From Saprospiraceae bacterium (lineage in GTDB: Bacteria; Bacteroidota; Bacteroidia; Chitinophagales; Saprospiraceae), in assembly GCA_020629715.1 (NCBI GenBank), contig JAHDCU010000003.1:184879-248878 (forward strand): a DNA stretch of 64,000 bases, in the 5' to 3' direction. The notes under the pieces were generated by a model. That model was not told the DNA's origin, did not search any database, and saw only the letters and a list, made by a program, of their open reading frames with translations. Below, piece after piece: positions 18,632-27,966 of the stretch (position 1 is its first letter; every line of letters begins with the position of its first letter). The position numbers and the translations under genes are program-made.

Positions 18632-21600
18632 TGTATAGGCATTATAAATCCTGATGGAACAATATCGAAACTGATGCTATCATTAAGATCATAAGTAAAG
18701 ATCTTTTCTGCATCATCTTGCGTATACCTATCATTTTCATGACCATTGATATAAATATTTTGGGCTTTACCTTTTTCAATAATTTCTATTTGAGAAAAAT
18801 CATGTAAAGGGCTATAAAATTTTTCAAATTGTTGCGCCTTCACCGCTCGTTCTAAAAACTGCGCATCTACCCAACATAACTCATTATGCTCATAGGTAGA
18901 AATGATTATTTGTGGAATACTGCACTCCTCTGTATCAGAATTGACAAAATATCCTTCAATCCATTCATCAGTAATATTGATATCTGAAATGCCAAAATAC
19001 TTGTAAATAGATCTACTTACGACAAGTGACTTTACATACAATTTAAAACTATGCGGTGGAGTCCTAAATTGCCTTAGATTATTGAACTCTGGATCATAGA
19101 CCGTACTATGTTTATTGATCTGATAAACTATATCCTCAAAATCAATCCTAAATGGCGTCTGTTCTTTAGGGAGCAAAATATGCTTCATAATATCTTTGGC
19201 ATTGAAGCTAGCCAACTCGTTGCCGTCCTTGTCAAATACAACCGCTTTAGCCGATATATAACAAGGGTCATTATCAATATTGACTATACTACCTACTATA
19301 TGATAACTACTGTCCTTTTTGACTAACTGAGCTTCAGAAACATATACTTCTGGTCGGTCTTGTATATCATTATGCTCTGTACCTGTGGTGAGCGACTCCC
19401 TTCTTCCTTGATCCTTAAAATCAACCCTAGGTACTGTAAATATCTGTTTGGGAGGGGTAATATTTTCTCTATCTAATGGCTGTATCCACCATATATCATC
19501 TATTTTTTTCAATCGTAGATCATGATGACTTATATATTGGTCTATCGAGGTAATCCACTCTGCCCGGACTTTAATACTTGCTCTATCCCTTTCATCATTA
19601 TACTGAGTATCGAAATGCAGACCATTGAGTTTAGCATAAGATAAAGTGATGCCATCGTCCGTACTAAGATCAAGCATCCGTTGCTCAAGACTTATCCCCG
19701 CACTAGGATCGAATAAGGAAAATGCCTTGGCAAACTCTTGGAAGTCCATGGCATCAAAATATTCCAAAACCACTGATTCTGGGTCAGATTGTATATTATT
19801 GTTTTTATTGAAAAAGAACATACCCACGGCAACCACGATTAGTAAGCATATGGACCAATAAAAGTCCATGGCTTTAAATGAAACATGATGAATGCTAGAT
19901 ACCTGATTGGTAAAAAAGGAATCTTCTAATAGATTGGTGCTTTTTCTAAACCACCTTACCATGGCAAGCAACAGAATAACTACCACACTCAATAACGGCA
20001 ATATGCCCCACATGATCGCTTGATATCTTGGTATTTCTTTACGATTTAATACGGCTGGTAAAATTGGTATGTCTGGCTTTTCCCAGACGACGATTGCATT
20101 TTCAAGAGTTCTGACTTTATTCCATCCAGTATAATGAAGCAAGGGGTCATAAAACTTATCATTGGAAAAAATATATTTTAGACTATATTTTTCAGGAACA
20201 GTCAAAAACTGTTGCAATGCTCCTATCCCTTGAGTGCCTTGATATTTAGCATTTTCAAGCCTTTCTACTTTTCTCGTAGTCAACTCTGGCAATCTCCTTA
20301 CTGAATGATAATTGCCATCTACAGTCAGTGCATGTGTATTAGCGGCTAGCCAAGCCATCTGATCTCCAAATCCCAAGGTGAGATATCGCCATTGATCGTG
20401 ATCATCTCTTTCTAAAAAACTGACTATCGGCTCGATATCTATTTCATCTGGTTGCGTTGCTTGATACTTGGGTAAGTTGATGATTCCACCACAAATAAAT
20501 AGTAAACCAAAGATCCAAAGCGACGAGTAAAGATAATAGGACCACTTTCCAAAGTGATGTATCACATAATCTCGAATATCCCCGAAAGCGAGATGATTTA
20601 TAAATAAACCGAAAAATGGTAAAGCCATCACCGTAGCCCATATTGTAAATCTATCCAGAGTCAAAATATTGAATGCGGTATCCCCTAAAAGTAATTTTGG
20701 TATATATGTAGTGCCTCCAGTACCTAGCAAAAATGCTAATGCAAAGCTAAATCCAAGTATTATGTTTCGCTTACGAAAGACCGCTTTAAACAAGAATGGC
20801 AAACAAAAAAGCATAATACCCCATGGAATGATAAAGAAAACCAATCCTGAAGAAAATACTTCAAAAAACGAATCTCTTGATCCATGCGGAATGGGGACTT
20901 GTGATATTGGGTCTGATTTGGACCATAACCAATATGGCATAATCATCGTAAAAGCAACTATAATATTCCCAACTCCAAACATCAAAGCACGTGGAACTAT
21001 CCGCCAGACCTCTTGTACAAATCGAAGAATTGATGCCTCCTCTTGTCGAGAAGCAATCCTATCCATAATAGCCAAGCCTATCACTGGAAATAGAAAAAAT
21101 ACCATTCCGAAAATGGTGGTGACATGATGGGCACTGGTAATAACTGCTAGTATGGCCAATGCAAATAATAGATATCGCTTAGCTCCCGCGAATATCCATC
21201 TATAGACGAATGGAGTAAGGTTGAGCAGCATAGCTATACCAAAAAGGCTAGGCAACTGACCAAAAATGTGTAGTGATTCTACCAACGAAGAAGAAACGAC
21301 GACTACGAGACTTGCAATACCCGCAGATCTTTCATCTACCCACAGCTTAGAAAAATGAAATACACCACGTACAAAAAGAGCAACCATCAAGATAGACACT
21401 AGTACAAAAGCATTCTTCAATCCAAAGATCATAGACAACAATGCCATCAATTGATGTATGAGCGGAGGATAACTTACAACACTAAAACCGCAATACCACC
21501 GGTCCTCCCAGGAATCAAACCATGAATCTGCATAATGATCCGCAAAGAACATATGAACGTATGCATCGTACGTACCGGAAAGAGAGTTGGAAACCACTAC

Positions 21601-21666
21601 GCCATGGAATAGTATACCCACGATGAGAGCAGCAAAAAAGATCCATTTCCCTTTGTTTGAAAACAT
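18628..21666 (-). CDS. Large polytopic membrane protein, putative GT-C-fold glycosyltransferase (YfhO/ArnT/PMT-like)
   Basis: 1012 aa. About 12 N-terminal TM helices. The first-loop motif 'DAYVHMFFADHYADSW' resembles the DE..Y/GDW loop of GT-C enzymes. Extra TM helices and a ~390-aa C-terminal soluble domain follow. Confidence 0.4.
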   Translation of the reverse strand: MFSNKGKWIFFAALIVGILFHGVVVSNSLSGTYDAYVHMFFADHYADSWFDSWEDRWYCGFSVVSYPPLIHQLMALLSMIFGLKNAFVLVSILMVALFVRGVFHFSKLWVDERSAGIASLVVVVSSSLVESLHIFGQLPSLFGIAMLLNLTPFVYRWIFAGAKRYLLFALAILAVITSAHHVTTIFGMVFFLFPVIGLAIMDRIASRQEEASILRFVQEVWRIVPRALMFGVGNIIVAFTMIMPYWLWSKSDPISQVPIPHGSRDSFFEVFSSGLVFFIIPWGIMLFCLPFLFKAVFRKRNIILGFSFALAFLLGTGGTTYIPKLLLGDTAFNILTLDRFTIWATVMALPFFGLFINHLAFGDIRDYVIHHFGKWSYYLYSSLWIFGLLFICGGIINLPKYQATQPDEIDIEPIVSFLERDDHDQWRYLTLGFGDQMAWLAANTHALTVDGNYHSVRRLPELTTRKVERLENAKYQGTQGIGALQQFLTVPEKYSLKYIFSNDKFYDPLLHYTGWNKVRTLENAIVVWEKPDIPILPAVLNRKEIPRYQAIMWGILPLLSVVVILLLAMVRWFRKSTNLLEDSFFTNQVSSIHHVSFKAMDFYWSICLLIVVAVGMFFFNKNNNIQSDPESVVLEYFDAMDFQEFAKAFSLFDPSAGISLEQRMLDLSTDDGITLSYAKLNGLHFDTQYNDERDRASIKVRAEWITSIDQYISHHDLRLKKIDDIWWIQPLDRENITPPKQIFTVPRVDFKDQGRRESLTTGTEHNDIQDRPEVYVSEAQLVKKDSSYHIVGSIVNIDNDPCYISAKAVVFDKDGNELASFNAKDIMKHILLPKEQTPFRIDFEDIVYQINKHSTVYDPEFNNLRQFRTPPHSFKLYVKSLVVSRSIYKYFGISDINITDEWIEGYFVNSDTEECSIPQIIISTYEHNELCWVDAQFLERAVKAQQFEKFYSPLHDFSQIEIIEKGKAQNIYINGHENDRYTQDDAEKIFTYDLNDSISFDIVPSGFIMPIQ

Positions 21667-21842
21667 ATTATAAAAATACTTAATTTATTACTAACTGATA
21701 TACAATTAAACCTCAATTATCTGCATTTTCAAAAAACCGAGAATCTTTACCGAAAACAGATACAATACGACCACTGTCCGATTTTAAACGAATCTCGATC
21801 GCCAGCCCTCCATATTTGTATCATCAATACAATAAAAAGTAA

Positions 21843-22655
21843 ATGATTATGAAAAACGCGATAGTGATACCATGTTATAATGAGAGTTCAAGATTGAAGT
21901 TTGACGATTTTCAAACTTTCATCAATCAAAATGATGAATACACCATCTGTTTCGTGAATGATGGTAGCTCTGATGATACTATTGATTACTTAAGCAGATT
22001 TCAATCTCAGAATCCTAATCGCGTAGCTGTAGTTGACCTAAAAGTAAATCAAGGTAAAGCAGAAGCAGTAAGATCAGGTGTAAACTATATCCTAGAAAAC
22101 ACTAATACAGAGTTCATCGGTTTTATAGACGCTGATCTTTCTACAGACTTCAATGATTATGAAAGGTTAATGGATAAGATCGAAAATTCAAACAGAGAAG
22201 ATTACCTAGTATTTGGAAGCCGAAAACTATCAGAGGACAGTAATATTGAAAGAAAAGGTTTCAGAGATCTCGCAAGCAAGATTGTAGGACTATGTATTTC
22301 ATTAGTGGTGTCACTCAATATCAAAGACACTCAGTGTGGTGCCAAAATCTTCACAAGATCATTAGCTAGCAAAGTATTTAAGCAATCATTCATCAGTAGA
22401 TGGTTATTTGATATTGAAATTTTCTTAAGAATGAAAAACCTATTTGGTGCCAATACAAAAAGAAGCTTTCAAGAATGTGCATTGATGAATTGGGAAGACG
22501 TAGATGGCTCTAAATTGTCACTTAAAGATTCTGTAAAAATACCTTTTATGCTAAGTAGAATTGCCTCTACATACTTTAGCATAAGAATGAGCAATAACAT
22601 CGATGCCATGCTCAATACACTTACCTCAAGTACGGACTACAGAACCTACCCATAA
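21843..22655 (+). CDS. GT2 polyprenyl-phosphate sugar synthase (Dpm1/GtrB/CsbB-like)
   Basis: 270 aa. 'VIPCYNESSRL', 'VNDGSSDDT', 'IDADLST' and 'QCGAKIF' are typical of the DPM1-like GT2 family. It is transcribed divergently from the GT-C gene. Confidence 0.7.
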   Translation: MIMKNAIVIPCYNESSRLKFDDFQTFINQNDEYTICFVNDGSSDDTIDYLSRFQSQNPNRVAVVDLKVNQGKAEAVRSGVNYILENTNTEFIGFIDADLSTDFNDYERLMDKIENSNREDYLVFGSRKLSEDSNIERKGFRDLASKIVGLCISLVVSLNIKDTQCGAKIFTRSLASKVFKQSFISRWLFDIEIFLRMKNLFGANTKRSFQECALMNWEDVDGSKLSLKDSVKIPFMLSRIASTYFSIRMSNNIDAMLNTLTSSTDYRTYP

Positions 22656-22972
22656 AACAACATAATTATAAAATTTTATACCGATTGCTGGTATGCAAAA
22701 TCGATCCATGATTTTAATTGTGGGTCGATTTCGTTTTGATTAAATATCTGTACACGATGTGAACACATCGTACCAAATGGGCCTGAAGCTAATAATCTAC
22801 CATTAAACGCTATGTTATTAAGCTTAAGTCCTAAATCAATTCTCGTATTAGTAGCTGGTTTGATAAGCATAAATTGTCGTTTTCTGATTATGCTTACCGT
22901 TGTCTTTTATGGCGTAATTGTAATATCCCTTCCTAAAGTATCCACGTACTCGATTAGAGATTCATATATAGA

Positions 22973-23209
22973 TCATAAATCTTGCTTCTTTTGATATTGA
23001 AGCTCCACTAGCTCTTCTGTTTTAGCAACTGATACGGCATCGCTTTTTAGAGCCTTCAAGGCCATAAAATTGGCAAACCCATAAGTAAACTCATGTTTAT
23101 CTTTAAGAAAGCTAATAATTTCCTTAGGCTTATCTAAATCCGCTGAGTGGACTACTGCAAGCCAATGATCTAAAAACTCACCAGTATTTTCTAGCAATCC
23201 TTTCTCCAC
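22973..23209 (-). CDS. DUF4287-like small protein
   Basis: 78 aa. 'LDHWLAVVHSADLDKPKEIISFLKDKHEFTYGFANFMALKAL' resembles the DUF4287 consensus. Confidence 0.5.
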   Translation of the reverse strand: MEKGLLENTGEFLDHWLAVVHSADLDKPKEIISFLKDKHEFTYGFANFMALKALKSDAVSVAKTEELVELQYQKKQDL

Positions 23210-23222
23210 AATCTTTGATTAT

Positions 23223-24431
23223 TTAATTTAAGTAAATAAAATAAGGACTGCGACAATAGGCCCCGCTTTCATCCAACCACTCTAGATATCGCTGATATAT
23301 GTCATACTTGGCTTCTAGCAGTCTTGCTTCCATTTTTTGCTCTCTCAGATTCATCGTTAGCCAAACATCCAAGTTTATCTCTTCATTGGCCAACACCTTC
23401 TGTTTTACTAGATTCATCTTTAGGCTCTCAGCATCACTTTGTTCTTGTAAAAACTGATAATTCTTGATATCAACTCTCATCTCACTTGTTAGATAATCTA
23501 ATGTCTGATCTAGTGTATATTGATCCTCTGTTTTTTCTAGTTGCAATTGATCCAATTTAGTCTCCAACTCATATTTTTTGATACGGTCATTACCATTCCT
23601 ATCCATTCTAAAACCAAGACCAATAGAAAATCTCTCATTTAAAAAATCATCATGAGGACCACGATATCTAATTTGAGCAAAATCAAATAAGTGATTTCGC
23701 TGAGCATCCTCCAAGGCCAATTCTTTTTCGGTCACTCTAATATCTGAGTCAATTTTCTCACTCATCACAGAGTTATTTTCTAGCGAGCTTTGATTCACGA
23801 TCTGAGTAATAGCAGAGACACTGATCATATCATCAAAATTCAAAACTGATGAAGAATCTAAGCCAGACTTTCGTAGTAATAACTGCTCTATCTCATCGAT
23901 CTGAAATAATTGGTATTTGAGATCATTGATCTTATAGTAAGAGTCCAAAACGACGCCCTCCTCTATTTTTAGATTTTGTAGTTTTATGTCTAGCATCTTT
24001 TGCTCCTCCTGTAGAAGCGCAAGTAATTTTTGCAAGCCTTTTTTCTCCTCTTTGATCATGTACAACTTTAGCCATAGCTCATGAGCCTGCTCGCTGAGTT
24101 GACAGAGTTTTTCATTAGCGCCATAAGAGTCTTGAGCTTGGATAGCTGCCAAGAGCTCTTGTTGTGCCTTTCTTTTACGAGGCATATTAGGAGATATCCT
24201 TAGGGTGTATTCTTGTTCTCTCCACAGAAAATCTCGTGTTTCAGTCCTAAGATCAAGCTGCTCTACCCATGGAATTTTGACATTATTAGGATTTGAACTT
24301 AAGGTACTATTCAGTGAAGACACCATGGCATTTCTAAAAAAATCAGTTGCATTGATTTCCTCTTGTGCCGATATGGTCTTACTATATGAAAGCACAATAC
24401 ACAGCCATCCTATGTAAATACAAAACCTCAT
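23223..24431 (-). CDS. Secreted coiled-coil protein, possibly a TolC-like outer-membrane factor
   Basis: 402 aa. Signal peptide ending 'ISAQ'. Long heptad-rich Q/E/L/K segments. It overlaps the upstream HlyD gene by 4 nt. Confidence 0.35.
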   Translation of the reverse strand: MRFCIYIGWLCIVLSYSKTISAQEEINATDFFRNAMVSSLNSTLSSNPNNVKIPWVEQLDLRTETRDFLWREQEYTLRISPNMPRKRKAQQELLAAIQAQDSYGANEKLCQLSEQAHELWLKLYMIKEEKKGLQKLLALLQEEQKMLDIKLQNLKIEEGVVLDSYYKINDLKYQLFQIDEIEQLLLRKSGLDSSSVLNFDDMISVSAITQIVNQSSLENNSVMSEKIDSDIRVTEKELALEDAQRNHLFDFAQIRYRGPHDDFLNERFSIGLGFRMDRNGNDRIKKYELETKLDQLQLEKTEDQYTLDQTLDYLTSEMRVDIKNYQFLQEQSDAESLKMNLVKQKVLANEEINLDVWLTMNLREQKMEARLLEAKYDIYQRYLEWLDESGAYCRSPYFIYLN

Positions 24432-25426
24432 TTCAGTAAGCTTAAACTTACCTTCTCCTTGAGAAGAAAGCTATTATCCTTGGGTATCTCCACCAAAACT
24501 TCTCTCCCGTAGGTTTTAAAGTCTACGAGCTTTCGCAACCTTGGAGGAATCTCTACGATACGTGATCCTAATCCGATGACTTTACCTTCAAATTTTATAG
24601 TCGGGTCTTTAAGAGATGATATTTCAAAATTGTCATCTAATGAAACCTGTAAAGTAAGATCCTCATGAACATATCCCTTGATAAGTGAAGTATGAGGCTC
24701 ATAAAAAGATAGCAACGTCGTATAGCTAGATACATGCTCTGCCTCCTTACATGATACATTTCCTACAATTCCGTCGGTAGGCGCTAGCACCTCTAGCTGT
24801 ATTTTTTCTTGAGATTGATTGAAGTTCAATTCGTTTTGTAGTCTATCTATCTGAATCTTTAGTGGATTTTTAGCATCATTAATTTCAGCTAGTAATCCAG
24901 AACTTTTAAGCTGAGTAGTTACTTTAGCATCTTCGATCCTTTTGCGAATTTCGGTAATCTTATCCGTCAAAGGAGTATAACGTACCTCTTCTACACTTAT
25001 AGAACTTAGGCTTGCTGCCAATTCTTTTTTATACGCTATCTCTTTTTCTAGTGCTGTGATCTCATCTTGATACCTCCTTAGGTTGAGTTTTAGACGTTCC
25101 TCCAGTTCTTCTATGTTTTGTTGTTTACCATTTTTCCAAGTTCTATATTCTGATTGTAGTTCTGCAATCCTAGAATGTTGATCTTCGTATCGTTCTTTTG
25201 ATTTTACCCGGGATATATGAAGCAGGGTATCTCCTTGCTCTACCATCTGTCCAGGAGTAACCATGATCCGATCTACTAAAACAGGGTAATTGTAGTTAAT
25301 CTCCGTCTCATCACTCTCAGCAAATCCATAAAATGATAACTCTTCTGAATTTTGAGGCTTTAACAACCAGAATATGGCAGCTCCAAGTATTACCACGAAG
25401 AGGTAGAATATATTGATCTTCTTCAT
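24428..25426 (-). CDS. HlyD-family periplasmic adaptor (membrane fusion protein)
   Basis: 332 aa. It has an N-terminal TM anchor, a biotin/lipoyl-like hairpin ('VLVDRIMVTPGQMVEQGDTLLHI'), a long coiled coil and a C-terminal beta-barrel region. Confidence 0.65.
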   Translation of the reverse strand: MKKINIFYLFVVILGAAIFWLLKPQNSEELSFYGFAESDETEINYNYPVLVDRIMVTPGQMVEQGDTLLHISRVKSKERYEDQHSRIAELQSEYRTWKNGKQQNIEELEERLKLNLRRYQDEITALEKEIAYKKELAASLSSISVEEVRYTPLTDKITEIRKRIEDAKVTTQLKSSGLLAEINDAKNPLKIQIDRLQNELNFNQSQEKIQLEVLAPTDGIVGNVSCKEAEHVSSYTTLLSFYEPHTSLIKGYVHEDLTLQVSLDDNFEISSLKDPTIKFEGKVIGLGSRIVEIPPRLRKLVDFKTYGREVLVEIPKDNSFLLKEKVSLSLLK

Positions 25427-25428
25427 GA

Positions 25429-26169
25429 CTATAATTTAGTAGGTTGCTTTTTAAAATTCAGCCTAAAACCCTCTAGTCCATCAATCTCATTGAGGCTCTT
25501 AGTAATTTTTTCTACAGAAGAATTATCCTTTAATCGTATGAGATAAGTAAACTCTTGAATATTTTCTCTCGATATTTCCTCTACGGTTGGTATTCCGTCT
25601 TCGTTGTACGATTTTACTCTTTTCGGATTTAAAAATTTTAATTGATCGAGCTCATAATTTCGACAATGTTTACCAAGCTTCTTTTCGATAATCGCTTGCT
25701 GATGATCATCTTTAGGTACGTGTAATTTGACTACTCCTATAAGCTCAGTAGTATTACTCAAAGGTGAAAATCTCAAAATAATAGCCGCCAAACAAAACAC
25801 TAAAGTACCTGTCAGCGCTATACCAAACCCTAATACTCCAGCCGAGATGCCTACAGCAAGGGAGGCAAACATAAAAGTGATATTGCGTGGATCATCCAAT
25901 ACTGTACGAAAGCGAATAATCGACAATGCACCTAACATACCCAACCCGCGAGCCAGACTATCACCAATGGCCTGCATCACAGTAGCAGCTACCACTCCTA
26001 TCAGGATTAGTGACTGTAAAAAATGTGCTTTTTTATAAATTGATTTAGTTGTCAACTCATAAGTAATAGCTATCAAAGACGATAGAAATAATGCAAATAG
26101 CGCGGAGATCAATATGATATAAAAACTCGGCGTCTCAGGATTATAATTTAGTAACTCAATATCAAACAT
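25429..26169 (-). CDS. Small polytopic inner-membrane protein (DUF4956-like), first gene of the operon
   Basis: About 246 aa from the ATG at 26169; the longer ORF begins at a TTG at 26193. It has 4-5 TM helices ('GMLGALSIIRFRTVLDDPRNITFMFASLAVGISAG'). The stop lies 2 nt before the HlyD start. Confidence 0.45.
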   Translation of the reverse strand: MFDIELLNYNPETPSFYIILISALFALFLSSLIAITYELTTKSIYKKAHFLQSLILIGVVAATVMQAIGDSLARGLGMLGALSIIRFRTVLDDPRNITFMFASLAVGISAGVLGFGIALTGTLVFCLAAIILRFSPLSNTTELIGVVKLHVPKDDHQQAIIEKKLGKHCRNYELDQLKFLNPKRVKSYNEDGIPTVEEISRENIQEFTYLIRLKDNSSVEKITKSLNEIDGLEGFRLNFKKQPTKL

Positions 26170-26381
26170 AGACAGTTGGTCTTTCTCTATCAATCATGTA
26201 TTCATCTATGATTGATTTTCTGATAATGCTAAGTTAACATTATTATGCTTGATTATATTTTGAGATTTATTGTTCTAATATTGCTTTTGTCGCTGATGAT
26301 AGCAAATAGTAATTTGATGAATTTTCTTGCAGCGTCGCGAATCTCTATGGAATCGAGTCTAGAACATGCATAATCATTTTA

Positions 26382-26759
26382 CTACACCACATCAAACCAC
26401 AATTTCCCATCTTTCAAGCCAGCATGATAGTCTATAGTAATTTCTTCGCCGATGGATATATCGGATATCGCATAAAAGTCAATGGTTTTCTGCTCGTAGT
26501 CACATCTAAACTCCGCATTAGGAGTATCCGAGTGGTTGTAGATAGAGCCATATCCAAGAGCAATTCCTGCTTGGTTTTGCTCTTTGCCCCATAAAAAATA
26601 GTAATCATGGAGACTGGTCTTATGGATTATTGCTAATTCTTCAGATTTGGTTATAATCACTGGACATAGCTCAATGAGATCTTTATTAGAGAAAGCAATT
26701 GCGGCATAAACTCCTCGACCTTTTCTTAAGACATCTTGTACGTAAAGCTTTTGACCCAA
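26382..26759 (-). CDS. Stand-alone SET-domain protein (putative protein-lysine methyltransferase)
   Basis: 125 aa. 'GRGVYA' (the GxG SAM pocket), 'IYNHSDTPNAEF' (the NHS/C motif) and 'GEEITIDY' (the post-SET Tyr) are all present. Confidence 0.65.
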   Translation of the reverse strand: MGQKLYVQDVLRKGRGVYAAIAFSNKDLIELCPVIITKSEELAIIHKTSLHDYYFLWGKEQNQAGIALGYGSIYNHSDTPNAEFRCDYEQKTIDFYAISDISIGEEITIDYHAGLKDGKLWFDVV

Positions 26760-26918
26760 ATGCTATTTTCTAATGATGAATGGACACTTTAAGATACAAC
26801 AACTAGTAGTATGATACAATCACTACGTTTGCTAAATGAATTGAAACTATTCAAAAACTTTCATCATTAAAATGATTTCATTGCTAGTATAGCAATGATC
26901 GACAGCCGTAAAAATAGA

Positions 26919-27863
26919 CTATTTCTTACCTTTTTTATCGACAAATAACGCCGCTATGGATTTGAATTCATGAGTGTTTCTGATGGCTCTTGCAAATAAC
27001 TTAGCACAGCTCAATACTTCTATTCGATCCGACTTTTTCTGCAAAGGGATCGTATCTGTCACAATGAGTTTCTCCAGGCTAGATGCTTCAATATTGGCAT
27101 ATGCATCTCCTGATAATACTGGGTGGGTACACATGGCTTTTACGCTCTTCGCTCCTTTGGCAAGGAGGGCATCTGCCGCTCTACATAAGGTACCCGCTGT
27201 ATCCACAAGGTCATCGATCAATATGACATCTGCACCTTTGACCTCACCGATTACGGTTATTTTTTTCACCTCATTGGCACGTCTTCGCTCCTTATCACAA
27301 ATCACTAGATCACGACCAAAGTGCTGAGCAAATGCTCTTGCTCTTTTCACCCCGCCTACATCAGGTGAAGCAAAAATGACATTCGACATATCATGTGACT
27401 CTAAGTAAGGCATAAATATGGCTTCTCCCCTGAGGTGATCTACTGGGATATCAAAAAATCCTTGTATCTGATCTGCATGAAAATCCATCGTCATCACACG
27501 ATCAGCTCCAGCTGCTTGTAATAGATTAGCAACGAGCTTGGCACTGATAGGTACCCTAGGCTTGTCTTTACGATCTTGTCTGGCATAACCAAAATACGGG
27601 ATCACGGCTGTGATATAACCAACAGAAGCTCTTTTTGCAGCATCGACACAAAGCAATAATTCTAAAAGGTTTTCTGCATTACCGAAGGTAGACTGGATGA
27701 AAAAGGTGTAGCTCCCTCTTACCGACTCATGAATAACAGGTTGCATCTCACCATCACTAAACTTCTTTACCTCTAGATTACCCAACTGATAGCCATAATA
27801 ATCGGCAATCTTTTCTGATAGATATCTAGAATTAGTCCCTGAAAATAATTTTACATCAGCCAT
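26919..27863 (-). CDS. prs: Ribose-phosphate pyrophosphokinase
   Basis: 314 aa. PRPP-binding loop 'VILIDDLVDTAGTL' and an N-terminal 'KLFSGTNS'. Confidence 0.9.
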   Translation of the reverse strand: MADVKLFSGTNSRYLSEKIADYYGYQLGNLEVKKFSDGEMQPVIHESVRGSYTFFIQSTFGNAENLLELLLCVDAAKRASVGYITAVIPYFGYARQDRKDKPRVPISAKLVANLLQAAGADRVMTMDFHADQIQGFFDIPVDHLRGEAIFMPYLESHDMSNVIFASPDVGGVKRARAFAQHFGRDLVICDKERRRANEVKKITVIGEVKGADVILIDDLVDTAGTLCRAADALLAKGAKSVKAMCTHPVLSGDAYANIEASSLEKLIVTDTIPLQKKSDRIEVLSCAKLFARAIRNTHEFKSIAALFVDKKGKK

Positions 27864-27966
27864 GTCAATATTTACTTATTGCACTGCGAAATTAAAAAAT
27901 TATTATGCTCTGTAGATATTTACTTATCCACGGTATTATCCACAATGTTGTCCTTAGTTAATCAAA

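Noticed and set aside
22676-22870. A 64-aa minus-strand ORF in the convergent gap between the GT2 and DUF4287 genes
   Set aside because: It has no motif, RBS or conservation evidence. It may be real but cannot be supported from sequence alone.
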